NCBI GenBank assembly: GCA_002189035.1
Contig: CM007991.1
Location: 4,960,001 to 5,024,000, forward strand
Length of the DNA stretch: 64,000 nucleotides
Direction: 5' to 3'
Source: Utricularia gibba
Lineage: Eukaryota; Plantae; Magnoliophyta
Shown: positions 24,440-35,296 of the stretch, one piece after another
Position numbering within the stretch: the first letter of the stretch is position 1
How the letters are laid out: every line of letters begins with the position of its first letter
The notes under the pieces: generated by a model
The model's database searches: none
The model's input: only the letters and a program-made list of their open reading frames with translations
Told to the model about the DNA's origin: nothing
Program-made: the position numbers and the translations under genes

Positions 24440-27300
24440 CAAGTATCGATCCTACTCTTCCTAATCCATGTGTCTCTTGTCCTGTGTAATGTACCCATAT
24501 ATCGCCACTCGATCCAAGCATGGAATCGTGAAACCAAATCACAAACATGCTCTTCAAGTGGCTCAATACCATGCCATACCTATAGAACCCCGTAGTGTCA
24601 AAGAGGCACTTCATCACTCAGGCTGGAAACAGGCAATGTGTGAAGAGGTGGATGCACTTAGCCACAACAACACTTGGACGCTTATACCACATCAGGAGAC
24701 AAAACACATCATTGAGTGTAAATGGGTGTTCAAAATCAAGCTTAAGCCTGATGGATCCCTTGATCGACTAAAAGCTCGATTGGTAGCAAAGGGGTATGAT
24801 TCAGTGGATGTAATTAATTACACAGAAACCTTCTTGCCACTAATTCGCCCAAGTACCATCCGCCTTATCCTTTCCATTGCCCTTACTAATAATTAGGATA
24901 TTCGACAACTTGATGTGAAAAATGCATTCCTTCATGGTGAAATCACTAAGGATATCTACATGGAACAACCCCCAAGAATGCGAGGTGAGACACTTCCCTC
25001 ACATGTGTGTAAGTTGAATCGGGCTTTATATGGACTAAAACAAGCACCCAAAGCATTATTTGATCGATTTAGCTCCTTTCTCTTGTTCATAGGTTTTTTC
25101 TATAGCCTTGTTGATCCCTCCTTATTTATTGTACACTAGGGCCAAGATACTCTAATCTTGCTTCTTTATGTGGATGATATTATTGTAATAGGGACTACAA
25201 CAAAATTGATACAACAATTGATCGACAAGCTATACTTGGAATTCGCAATGAAGGATCTTGGAGTCTTGCATCATTTCCTTGGAGTGCAAGTGCACAAAAC
25301 TCCAGAAGGAATTCATCTATCTCAAACACATTATGATTTATCTTTTTTGGACAAGTTTGGCCTTTGGGATTGCAAAATGGCAGCAACACCACAATTCTCA
25401 AAGCTAAACTTTACACAAAAGTCTAAAGCTCAAGAAGATCCAACACCCTTCAGAGCGTTAGTTGGAGGGCTCCAATATCTCACTTTTACAAGACCTGACA
25501 TCACTTACAATGAGAACTATGTCTCATAGTTCATGCACTCTCTAACTGTCTATCATCATACTCTTGCTACTTGGATCTTGAAGTATATCAAGGGTAATTT
25601 ACCTCTCGGACTCTCTGATAAACGAAAAATTACGCAATGTCGTTAAATTGTGAATTTCTCCTATCAAATAAATTTATAACCTAATACACATTCAAGCATA
25701 AAACAATTATGAGCATAGTGATTAGGGTCGAACACGAAGAGCAGGTGCTTCCTATGTGAAAGTTAATGCATGAAATCAATGTCACGTCGGTAAAATTGGT
25801 CTTAACGAGGACTAAAGCAGAACTAAAACGAAATACAGTAAAGAAAAGTAATAAGTTCTAGAGTTCGGTTGTTTCTGGAATGGAATGGGTGATGCCTTGG
25901 GACTCCTAGGGGATGTATGCTCATCACTAAACAAACTCACACAAACTACAAATCATACAACTAACTCACAAGATCTAGGTCTCCCCGGATTCTTGTTTTT
26001 CCCCCTAATCTTTGGTCTACCTCTAATTAGGGTTGTTAAGTTGGGTTTCACTACTTCCCCCTCCTAGATCTATCCTGGTTTGTTAAGGAAGTGGCGTGAC
26101 TCATGGGTGTTTAGATCTAAAGGTTGATTAACATGTTTCTGCCCTTTTTACCCCAAGGCACCCCCCTAAGTACTTAGCCACTCATGCTTAAGGTAAACGA
26201 AAGTGGAAAAGAAAACATCACCCACAGTGTGCTCATTTCACAGTCAAATACCAGAAAGCAAATAAGCAAGTAATGTGAAGTGTCAACAAAAACTGAAAAA
26301 CGTCACTAGCTACTCTTAGCTAGGAGTAATATTCTTCGAAGACAGAAAATAATCTTGAACTTCAACTTCGTTCCTGTCTGTCTTCCTTCTTCTTACTTCC
26401 CAGAAAACCTTCTCCCCAGAAAATGTGTTCATGAGTCTCCAAGGGGAGATCTACTTCTCTCTCCACCTTTCCTCCCTTTTTGTCCAAAATCTTCCTTTCT
26501 CCCCTCCTTGGACTTTGTCTGTACTCTTCTTCAGACTTCTGTCACCTTTCCTGCCACCACACTGTTCATACTCGGCTCCTTGGGATTTGTGTTGCGACCC
26601 ATGCTGCATTGCTCGAAAGGAACTGTTAGAAGGTTGGGACTAAATCACGGATTTAGTCCCAACTAAGACTAAAGGTGCACTCCTACAATACTTATGTGCA
26701 AAAATATAGAAACAGACAATTAAGCTTAATTTTTGTAGCATAAAATGTGTAAATTCCATGCATTGAGCCACTCAAAAATATGTGTTATCACTCTCATATC
26801 GCAAGAACTCGCCAATGCAATTGGAAGCCCACTCAGACACGGATTGGGTTGCTTGCCTTTTACATGACGATCAGTAACAGGATATTGTATCCTATTAGGA
26901 TGAAACCCTATCTCTTGGAGTTCGAAGAAACAACAAACTGTATAAAGATCAAGTACAAAGGTGAAGTATATAGCTATGGCACATATAACATCTAAAATAA
27001 CCTGGCTACAATTCCTTCTCAAGGACATACGAGTTATTCTACACAAGACACCAATCCTATACTATGATAACCTCAGTGCCTTACACCTCTCCATAAATCC
27101 GGTCCTTCACTCTCGGAGAAAGCATATTGAGATTGCCTATCACTTTGTTTGAGAGAGGGTGGCTCTAGGTTATTTGGTGACTCAACATGTCTCTTCTCAA
27201 CATCAACTAGCAAATCTTTTCACAAAACGAATGACAAGTGAGAGACTGATATATTTTAGAAGCAAACTTAGCCTCAAACCGCGATTAAGTTTGAGAGAGG
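24440..27300 (+). pseudogene. copia RT and RNase H remnant of the 10816-27641 element, split by a solo LTR
   Basis: EPRSVKEAL, KWVFKIK, RLKARLVAKGY, LDVKNAFLHG, LYGLKQAP, LLYVDDII, LQYLTFTRPDI; after the insertion SDTDWVAC, YDNLSALHLSINPVLHSRRKHIEIAYHFV. Many stops. Confidence 0.92.
25616..26790 (-). mobile_element. Athila-type solo LTR, family A, complete (1175 bp)
   Basis: TGATAAACG...GTGTTATCA with perfect TSD CTCTC (25611-25615, 26791-26795). The host copia frame resumes after removal (GLSYRKNSPMQLEAHSD). Confidence 0.95.
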
Positions 27301-28279
27301 GTATTGAGAAAGACCATCAGAGGAGTGATAAGATAGAAATATGAAGTGATAATGATAGGGGAGATAAGGTGGCTGATGTGTCTTAATGAGAGTATCAAAG
27401 TCACCCGATAGCCTAAGTCAGCCAAACTTGTGAAGAACACATGGAAGGAATATGCGTATGTGCATGGAAAGTTGGTCCATCACGAGAATTGCTACTACAC
27501 GGATGGAATGATGCTGCTTTTCATAATTACTGTTTTTTATTTCTTTACAAGACCTTGTAATGCATGAACAATGTGTGGTGAATAACAGAGTCATTTTCTC
27601 TCCCTGCATGCTAATTCTTTAGCCCTTTATTTTTTCCTACTATACTTTGTCAAGGGCCTACTCCACAAGGATTAGAGATGAAGAAACTATGGTGCACCTT
27701 CTAGGGGAGAAGCAAGCGCCCCTCTAGCATGTGCTTGACAAGGTGCTTACTATCTCTTGCTTCTAGATCAACTAAAGATTATCCTGAAAATAGAGATGCC
27801 TATCACCGCATTGCAAAAAAGGGAAACATGTCATCAACCACCATGACTTGGTAAACTTGTTGTGATATGACCACCTCCAGATTTCTTTGTTTTCTGGATT
27901 ATTATTGTTTTTCAAAAACCATGAGCCGTTGAATATTATGAGGATCCTCCTAAAATACTAAAAATCTCATAACCCTGTAGCATATTGGATGAGTGGAGTG
28001 ACCATCTATGTAGCCCAACTACAATTCATCCTCCGGTGCCTTGTTGGTAGAGCCCAAGAACAAATATTAATAACTTGAAGCACAGCCCACAACGAGTGAT
28101 TTCCGTGTCTCCACCGTGCCTTGCTTATTTGTGCCGCCGTGGCTTCCGGACGGAGGACCATATTGTCTGAAAGTAAGACCGTATTGGCATCTCCTTTCCA
28201 ATTCAAGGATTGCACTGCAAAACCTAAAGGTGAGAGATATATTTTTTTTTTGAGATACAATCTGCCGGCGTTTGCAGAA

Positions 28280-29314
28280 ATGGGCCAGGCATTTCGTCGA
28301 GCGACTGGCAGGATCGCCAGCTCCACGGTAGAGACAACGTCTCAATTGAGTAAGCCGATTGAACGGCAGGTTACCAAACAGCCGCCGCCTGGAGCTTATG
28401 TTGAAAAGCCTCCGATCCGAGAAGTTCCTTCCGGTTTGTGCTTGCGTACCCATGATTCTGCGCTGTAATTTAGGAAACATACATGCGTCCTCTTTCGTCT
28501 GGTCAAGTGCCCAATTGGTCTTGTGCTGGGTCTGTGTCAAATATATCTGTGCTAATTTTGGACTGTTGATTTGTGGCTACAACTGGAATATCAATCTTGG
28601 AACCATAGAAAATGGTGTGAGTTGCCTTTGTGAAAGACCTAGCCAGACAGAGCTCATTTTGGATGCTAAAACCCTTGTAAATCATGGTTTCGTTGATTTT
28701 GACGTTGCACGCCCGAGATTCTGTCTAATTGTATTGAACTAAGACGATATGACTTGCTGTTTGTGGTCGTAACTCTCGGATGATATGCATTTTTGGACCT
28801 GTAGTTGAAGAGCACATGCCAAGAGTGAACCTGGAGAATGTACTGGAGGTGCGTGATCCACAATATGATATCATGCTGAGCCATATGGCGGGCAGAATTC
28901 GTGCCAAACCTGGAAGCAGGCTCGAGATGGGCGAGGTGAGACACTGCTGTTCTACTGTCTGCTTTCCGTGAAAACCTCCCCAACGTTGGGTTTGCGTACA
29001 TTATTACATATGGTTGTATTTTGCAGGCAGCGGTAGTGGACAAGTACAAGAGGCCGCTGCCCAAACTGAGGAATACGAGGCCAGGCTCCGACAGGTACGA
29101 GGAGAGGCCTGCGCCCCCAGGCACCCTTAACGTGAAGCAGGTCCGTGAAGTCATTCTTCTGTTCCAAGGGAGGTCAGATGAGCACCGAGGCCCCATGGGC
29201 GTCACTCAGATAGCCCAGCGCTTTCAAGTCGACGTTGCGCAAGTTGAGAGTATTGTCAACTTCGTAGCTTTACCCCAGCCCCAGGAACACCATAACACCA
29301 AGGGACAAGCGTGA
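28280..29314 (+). CDS. NDUFAF4: NDUFAF4/UPF0240-like mitochondrial complex I assembly factor homolog, 3 exons, 190 aa
   Basis: Exons 28280-28433, 28805-28935 and 29027-29314 with GT-AG borders join in frame. MGQAFRRATGRI...ENVLEVRDPQYD.ML..M.GRI.AKPG..EMGEA.VV..Y.RPLPKLRNT...PPGTLNV matches my recollection of the plant family of Arabidopsis At3g21400. The gene structure is solid; the name is from memory. Confidence 0.8.
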
Positions 29315-29583
29315 CCTTGATACATGTTTTGAATAAGACTTTTTCTCCATCTAGACTTGGATTGGAGTTGCTTTTACATCAAGAATGCCAAGTTAGAGTT
29401 CATACGTGATCAACCACTAAATAGCCTTAGTATTCATGTATGATGTCCCATTGTAAGAACAAACGCCACGCCACGCCACGCCACGTTATGAATCAAGCAA
29501 GCAACTGAATAGAAGGAGAAGAGTTGTACACGGAATCAGCCATTCATTCGTATTCATGTATCATCATCACACTGGCAGCAACG

Positions 29584-30906
29584 CTACAATTTGATGGGCA
29601 GGGAGTGCATCGTCTGGTTCCCTGTTCTCATCACGCGTCTGCTTGAAAGTGTCTTGTGTGTGAATCCGTACATTTGCAGAATCTGGTTGTCCCCGAAGTT
29701 GAAGGCACGTTCCATCTGTTTCAGGCATCTCTCAACCGGGTAATCTCCAAATCTCCCACAAGGCTTGCACCCAACAAAATGAGTCACCAGAGGCCACCGA
29801 TGATCACCCAACCCAGGATGGAACTTCTCCATCATTTCCTCGTACCTATCTACCAAAACTCCCCAATACCCATGAAGATAGTATGAATTTTCGAGATAAA
29901 CCTTGTCTCCCCACTTTTCCCTCTGTGTCGCCAGTATGTACACCATTGCAGACTGATCATCAGCTTCGAAAACAGGCCTATCCTTCAGCTCCCTTGTCAA
30001 AAGCTTACCAGCTTCCTCTCTCATCTTTCCCTTAGCTCCCATTGGTGCCAACGCATCAACAATATCCAATGACCACTGACAATTTCTCAACAGAAAACTT
30101 CCTGTGTTTAAACCAAGCCAACTCTTCTCATCATAGACCAACTCATTCCATCCATGCATCACAAGATTGTGATTCTTATATCTCTCCCATGGCACCTCAA
30201 AGGCCATGTCAGTGAACATAGCATCACTATCCATCCACCACAAAAACTCTACTTCCGGGTGCAACAACAGAAGCTTCCGAATCAAGGGCAACTTAGCCCA
30301 AAAACCAGACATTTCGGCTTCTAGCAAAGCCATATTATAGAAAATATTGAATCCATGAAGCCTACAATAATCAATCTTGTTCTTAAGGGACTTGAGCAGG
30401 TAATGATCACCCACCGGATTTTCACATGGTTTGGGTGAGGAACCAGTAACCAATAACACCCTGGGCTTACCCGGTGCAATATAATTTCGAAAATTTGGAT
30501 TCTTTTTAAGCCATTCGCCCCTTTGCTCATCCCAATTGGATATTTCATGGGCAATAGTAGCATGCTGTTGAGCCTCCGATTCATGCCTCTGAAAATCCTC
30601 ATCCTCGTCATCTTCATCCACAAAGAATTTTGATGCATCAAATTCAGCATAGTTATTGCCCCCAGGTTCTTGAGCACCAACTAATGCTGCCTTAAACATA
30701 TGCCGCGACTCCGTCCGACGGCGAATGTAGGAAAAAGTTTGTCGGATGTCCTCGAGATCTTGCTCCGGCGTCCCAAATTTACCGCCCCCGAGATATCCAC
30801 GAAACATTAACAAGGTAAGGAATAGACAGAAGAAGGTCAGCCTACAGTTGCGTAGAAGGCGCCGAAGCTGTCGGACTCGTCGAGGGCCAAGCAGCCGGTC
30901 CAGCAT
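29584..30906 (-). CDS. XXT: Xyloglucan 6-xylosyltransferase (CAZy GT34, XXT1/XXT2 clade), intronless, 440 aa
   Basis: N-terminal TM segment, GKFGTPEQDLEDI, PRVLLVTGSSPKPCENPVGDHYLLKS.KNKIDYCR, WWMDSDAMFTD (DxD), FEADDQSAM, YYLHGYW, WPLVTHFVGCKPC, QMERAFNFGDNQIL. Confidence 0.95.
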   Translation of the reverse strand: MLDRLLGPRRVRQLRRLLRNCRLTFFCLFLTLLMFRGYLGGGKFGTPEQDLEDIRQTFSYIRRRTESRHMFKAALVGAQEPGGNNYAEFDASKFFVDEDDEDEDFQRHESEAQQHATIAHEISNWDEQRGEWLKKNPNFRNYIAPGKPRVLLVTGSSPKPCENPVGDHYLLKSLKNKIDYCRLHGFNIFYNMALLEAEMSGFWAKLPLIRKLLLLHPEVEFLWWMDSDAMFTDMAFEVPWERYKNHNLVMHGWNELVYDEKSWLGLNTGSFLLRNCQWSLDIVDALAPMGAKGKMREEAGKLLTRELKDRPVFEADDQSAMVYILATQREKWGDKVYLENSYYLHGYWGVLVDRYEEMMEKFHPGLGDHRWPLVTHFVGCKPCGRFGDYPVERCLKQMERAFNFGDNQILQMYGFTHKTLSSRRVMRTGNQTMHSLPIKL

Positions 30907-31424
30907 TGTTGTGTCCAGATCTCCAGTGTGGATGAAAAATGGAAAGGGCGAGCGAATTCGAGAATTGCGGGCTTCAAGGACAGCAATGGGCTTAGTGAAT
31001 CACATCAACAAACTGGAGACAGGGAGCTTGGAATCGAATGATTAACTGAAGGTGGGTCACCGCGGAAGACATGTGTCGGTGGAGGGTGGATTGTGCGACG
31101 TTGGAAGACGATCGGACAAGAAAACAATCGCCAGAGCAAGAACAACATTTAAGTTAATAAAATCATTTGCATTTCAAAGGAGTTTCAGTGGCAGTTGGGC
31201 TGGACGGCCCACAACATTGGTTTGGTTTGGTAAAGCCCCGGAAGATTGGCAGTTGGCACAGAGGCCGATGAGACGCTTTCCACAATCAAATGATTTAATT
31301 GATCACCAGCACCCATTTCTATGCGAGCATTCAGATAGAGAGAGAGACAGAGCCTCCGGAGCTCACTCATATAATTAGGCGGGCCGGCCGGCCGGCCTTC
31401 CTTATTCTCTGCTCTACTCATGTA
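30907..31424. promoter_or_regulatory. Short divergent intergenic region shared by XXT (-) and the ULP1-like gene (+)
   Basis: Only 518 bp between the two start codons. Contains GGCCCA (site II-like) near 31206, TATAAT near 31370 and a GC run GGGCCGGCCGGCCGGCC at 31381. The regulatory role is inferred. Confidence 0.5.
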
Positions 31425-31747
31425 ATGGGGAACTGTCAGGGGAGCTGTCTCGGATTTTGGCCAAGGAAGGGTCTTGCAATCGCAGATCAATCCGCCGTTT
31501 TGCTTGATGCTTCTGATGGCAAGGACAAGCATGGTTGTTCAGTATTGGATGAGTTTGTTATCGAACAATCCTTTGGCAGTTCAGGTCTTAAGGACAAGGA
31601 GTTGCTAATTGCTGCCTGGAGCAACCCTGTTGGGTACTACTACCTTTAAGAAATAAGGTCAACGTGGTATCTCTTGCTTCCTAATTCTCCCTGATCCACT
31701 CGAAATCTTCTTGCAGGGAACAAGTTCTGGTGACTCATGCCAATTCC

Positions 31748-32285
31748 TGTTGGACGGTGATGTTGAAACTGAGAAAAATCAGAAGCACCAGGGACCTGAG
31801 GCAGAAGAGCGTGAGCCGAAGGGAAACGATGCGAGGGAGGAAAACTATCGCAGAAAGTCCATCACCAGAAATCAGAGGTAAAATGCAGACACTGGACTTA
31901 TTGTTATGGGCCCAATAAACAGTATACCAGGTCATATATGCAAGCAGAAGTTCGTTGAGCCCTGCAATGTCCCAAGCCCAATCCAGTAGAGAGCATCCTC
32001 TCCCACGAGATGACCGTTCTGCTGAAGGAGAACAGAAACAGAAATTCTCAGAGGATAAGATATCGCGAATCACACAGCCTAACGGCTATTTTTCTGTTCT
32101 ATAAATATGGCTTCGTTGTAAAGGAGAAAAATGCTATTTTTGTAGCTGAAAAACCTCAATACAATATCCAAATCTCCAACAACATCCATTCTCAAACAGC
32201 AACATCAGCAAAATTATCCTGTCAACCCTCATTACCACATTGGAAATCATCTATTCTACCACTGACCTTATTCAGACTTCCAATA
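31748..32285 (+). mobile_element. Solo LTR (538 bp) in ULP1 exon 2
   Basis: Starts TGTTGGA, ends TTCCAATA (TCCAACA with a C>T change). 5-bp TSD ATTCC at 31743-31747 and 32286-32290. TATAAATA at ~32100. Removal restores gcc aat tcc aac att gac (A-N-S-N-I-D). Confidence 0.9.
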
Positions 32286-32392
32286 ATTCCAACATTGACA
32301 TTACCGCAGACGCATTGCGGTGCTTGATGCCAGGACAATGGCTTGGTGATGAGGTAAGGGATTTTGGTATATTCGTTTCATTGATCCCACAC

Positions 32393-32428
<36 letters not shown>
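32393..32428 (+). repeat. (GGTATG)6 microsatellite in a ULP1 intron
   Basis: Six perfect hexamers followed by degenerate GGTAGG and GGTAGA. Confidence 0.95.
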
Positions 32429-32432
<4 letters not shown>

Positions 32433-34949
32433 GGGGTAGAAGCTAATGCTGGAGCGTTGTTGAGGTGCAGGTGATAAATGTATACCTTTCATTGTTGAAA
32501 GAAAGAGAAGAAAGGGAGCCTCACAAATTCCTCAGATGCCATTTCTTTAACACCTTCTTCTATAAGAAGGTCGCCGCTCACTGTCGTTGATTATCATCAT
32601 TTTAAATTAGATGATAATGAAGGTTCTTATGTTGGCAACTTTTCATCTCCCTTCACAATTCATCTACCTTGTTTTCCCTCTTCTTCGTGTTTTGTTGATG
32701 TTTTGGTTTTTGTATGGTTCAGTAATGCCTGTTGAATGGTCTTTGTTTTCAGCTTGTCGGGAATGGAATCTATAACTACCAATCCGTTAAAAGATGGACC
32801 ACCAAGCTTGGATATAACCCCCTTTTAGACTGTCATAAGGTAATTATTTAGTAACGCTCTGGACACACCAGTTGTGGATATACAAAAAAAGCTTCATTTT
32901 TCTACAATGCCATGACCAGGGTTAGTTTTGAACGGGGCGGGCTTCTTTGAAATGTTGTTATTTATTTCGTCACATATCGACCAGATTTTTATCCCCGTGC
33001 ATCGTGGATGCCATTGGTCTCTGGCCATCATAAACAACGACGATAGAAAGTTTCAGTATTTAGATTCACTCCACGGAAGTGATGGTGGGGTGCTGAATGC
33101 ACTGGTACGCTTGCTTTTTCATGTTTAATTTTGTTCCAAGGATTAGATTTAGTGCGACATCGCACAAGGAGACGAGAGAGGCCTGTTATCCTGGTGATTT
33201 GCTACCTGGAAATGCCTGTTTTCCGCGGCAGAACATTTCCCCTAGAGACTCTGATCTGTTTGCTGTCAATCCCTTAGTCTTTCTCACGAATCCAGGCCCG
33301 TTACTACGTTGATGAGGCAAGGGATAAGAATGTTCTCAAAGAAATCGATGTCAGTACATGGATTAAAGAAGTCGTGAAAAGCATTCCGGCCCAGGAAAAC
33401 GGGTTAGTGCTTGCTGTGGGTTCACTATAATTCGTAGGTCTTGTGTTTAGATGATCCCTGTTGTTGGTCAGGTATGACTGCGGCATGTTCATGATAAAAT
33501 ATGTTGATACCTCCTGTCGCAGATCTTCGAGGTTTTGGTTCACACAGGTCATCTTCTCTTCCAGAGATCCTTTTTTTTTTTTTTTTTTCCCGTAGCATGA
33601 TGACTTGTTTCGTTTTGCTTGGCTGCAGCGGCAGATTCCATACTTGAGGGACAAGACGGCTCTGGAGATCCTAAAACTAAAAGCTGAATGAGGGAGACGG
33701 TGGAATTGCCAAAATTGCAGGATGTAGTTTCTTTGGGTTCCATCATGTAGATAATAATATATTTTTTTCATGTAGTCGGCCATTGAAGTGATCTTGTAGG
33801 ATTGCGTTGTCTTGGTAGAGACTAGAGACGGAGGAGGAATGATTATCTCCTTGATATCCTCGCTGGAAATATGGATTAGAAGTATTTTTCATTGTTTTGA
33901 GACGAAGCCATATGCTGTAGATGTGGAACGTCAATCTGATCAGCTTAGACTACTCCATGGTCAGTTTGAGACTTCAAACTTGTTGTGTTATATATTTCCT
34001 GAAAACAATAATCATTTCTCTTTTGTTATTTTCTTAACAGCCATCAAATCACCAATTTATATCCTTTTTCATGCAAATTGTGTATGTGTTGAATTAGGAT
34101 GCATAATTTTTACCTTATGATGTTGGGTTCCCATTATGCTCCACGGATGATGTGTGTGTGTTGTATGTGCTAATGGATGATGAATTTAAGGGTCGATTTT
34201 GTGATGGATAAAGAGAAACAATAAGCAAAGTGAACAATGCCAAAAAGATTATCGAGACAATGCATTTAGTCGGAGCTGAGGCAAGAAACAAACCCACAAT
34301 CTCTTTTAACAAGTGTTGAGAAAATATTTGGAATAAGCACACGCGTGAAGTGGAACTGAGGTTTATGCAAGTTGTGGTGTTGACTTCAAAATTCACAAAC
34401 ACTCATTGGAACTTACTTGAACATGAATACAATACTAGCCCAAGAGAGCCATGGGATGAAAGGATTGTTGTATTTTAAATTTATGCAAAAGTTGTCAATG
34501 CATTAAATTTGTGTACAAGTTGTCCATGACCTAAATTAAATAGATAGTATCATTGCATACAACTAATAGAGTTCTATAGCCGCTTGGTAAACTAGACTTC
34601 TCAAAATATGAGTGTGTAAACTAGTTAAATTGTGCAAATATTTATATAATAATCTTCTTTATTATTAGTGGTTACAATGGGAAATCGAAATACGGTAAAT
34701 CAGAGAATTAGTGGTTTTGATCTATCGATCTCACACAAGCATTAGATTCGACAAATAAAAGTGGCTGAATGGTGGAGCTCAAAATCGACAAATGCTCCTT
34801 TGAGGCAGGTGAGGAGGAGGCTTACAAGTCGTTGGGTAGATAAATAACGAAATAGGCTCATTATAAACTAAACTAGTCGATGCAAGGGCATTTAATGTAG
34901 TATTGAAAAGCTGCTTCGATAAGTGTCATAAATTAGCAAGAACAACCGT

Positions 34950-35296
34950 TCTGACAGATTGAAAAGTAGTTGACACTTGCAGTACTACGGATACTACTGG
35001 ACTAACTTCCTCTACAAATACAATAAAATCTGAAGAGGGTGGGGGTTGGACTCTGGATATTCCATTTGTATTCCTCCCATCTCCTTTCTTAGTGAGACAT
35101 TCTTTTCGGCAAGCCTTATCAGTTTCATGGTTTTTCCCTTATCTGGGGTTTTCACGCTAAATTCCCAATCTCCTCCACTTTTTCTTATCTATATTAGGAC
35201 CGAAAGAACCCTAACACCTTAAGTCAGCCGCCAGCGGTCTAGCCCCATAACTTGGAAATCGCTCTCCCTCGACTCAACTGATTTTGGACTACAACA
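34950..35296 (+). mobile_element. Old copia-type LTR remnant (3' half recognisable; 5' boundary unresolved)
   Basis: TATA-like ctacaaatac, ttagtgaga, catggtttttccc...ggggttttcacg, ends ACAACA. Similar by eye to the reverse complement of 36809-37351. Confidence 0.5.

Larger units (their letters stand above)
10816..27641 (+). mobile_element. Ty1/copia (Ale-like) LTR retrotransposon, decayed, host to four nested insertions
   Basis: 5' LTR 10816-12694 (TGTTGAGAAAGACC, interrupted by a solo LTR) matches 3' LTR 27302-27641. TSD ATACT at 10811-10815 and 27642-27646. PBS TGGTATCAG at 12695 (tRNA-iMet type). PPT GAGAGAGGG before 27302. gag, integrase, RT and RNase H remnants in copia order. Confidence 0.92.
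31425..33691 (+). pseudogene. ULP1: ULP1/ESD4-type SUMO protease (peptidase C48), 8 exons, exon 2 interrupted by a solo LTR; 284 aa if the LTR is removed
   Basis: Exons 31425-31633, 31717-31747 + 32291-32353, 32471-32569, 32753-32839, 32985-33104, 33296-33402, 33472-33547, 33629-33691, all GT-AG and in phase (855 nt). Motifs VLVTHANSNIDIT, WLGDEVIN, CHFFNTFFYKKL, IFIPVHRGCHWSLAII, YLDSL, QENGYDCGMF: the His/Asp/Cys triad is intact. With the LTR retained, translation stops at 31918. Confidence 0.88.

Noticed and set aside
28230-28277. Candidate 5' UTR intron (AG|GTGAG ... TTTGCAG|) before the NDUFAF4-like ATG
   Set aside because: Only 48 nt, shorter than typical plant introns; cannot be supported without transcripts.
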